A stretch of DNA of 55,947 nt, the filler included, from Squatina squatina (Eukaryota), in the NCBI GenBank assembly GCA_031763465.1. It is 3 parts of 3 records of this genome, joined end to end, with 100 filler letters (N's around TTAATTAATTAA, not from the genome) between each part and the next. Parts side by side here need not be neighbours in the genome. Positions count along the whole stretch, not along the records: positions 29,641 to 55,947 come from JARFOE010000189.1; 2 more parts are not named here. One strand, given 5' to 3'. Positions 55,796 to 55,947 of the stretch are shown one piece after another. The position numbers and the translations under genes are program-made. Below the pieces are notes generated by a model. It had not been told where the DNA came from. It saw nothing but the letters and a program-made list of their open reading frames with translations, and did no database searches. Position 1 is the stretch's first letter. Every line of letters begins with the position of its first letter.

Positions 55796-55947
55796 GTAGG
55801 AGCTCAAAGCCCCAAGGTCGAAAGAATTCTATTGATTTTTTGTTTCACCAGACTGAGAATAGGGGAAAGAACTATTCTTGCCTGGTAATTTGGTTATGGG
55901 ACTTATTTGCTGCAGTGTAACATTATAAATGTAAAATGCATTACAAC

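Overview
This is vertebrate genomic DNA, most likely from a cartilaginous fish (shark), judging by DeuSINE/SacSINE1-type SINEs, CR1 3' ends, and Harbinger and Penelope remnants. It is not prokaryotic. The assembly is very fragmented: most gaps are a fixed 100 N, and two N44-TTAATTAATTAA-N44 linkers (15070-15169, 29541-29640) suggest three scaffolds were joined artificially. Segment 1 has no gene I can identify, only transposon remnants and one weak exon candidate. Segment 2 has most of the LRR region of an LRRN3-like gene, with a garbled 5' end. Segment 3 has four PRKG1 exons on the minus strand and the first coding exon of A1CF on the plus strand, the same divergent arrangement as in human. 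It also holds a 2.85-kb array of a 40-bp repeat with signs of ~600/1200-bp higher-order structure, an intact hAT MITE with an 8-bp target-site duplication, and a Tc1/mariner-type MITE nested in a CR1 tail that shares an 11-nt core with the 40-bp repeat. I found no evidence for a new biological system. The most interesting signals are possible transposon origins of tandem repeats. All family assignments come from recalled sequence similarity, not database searches.
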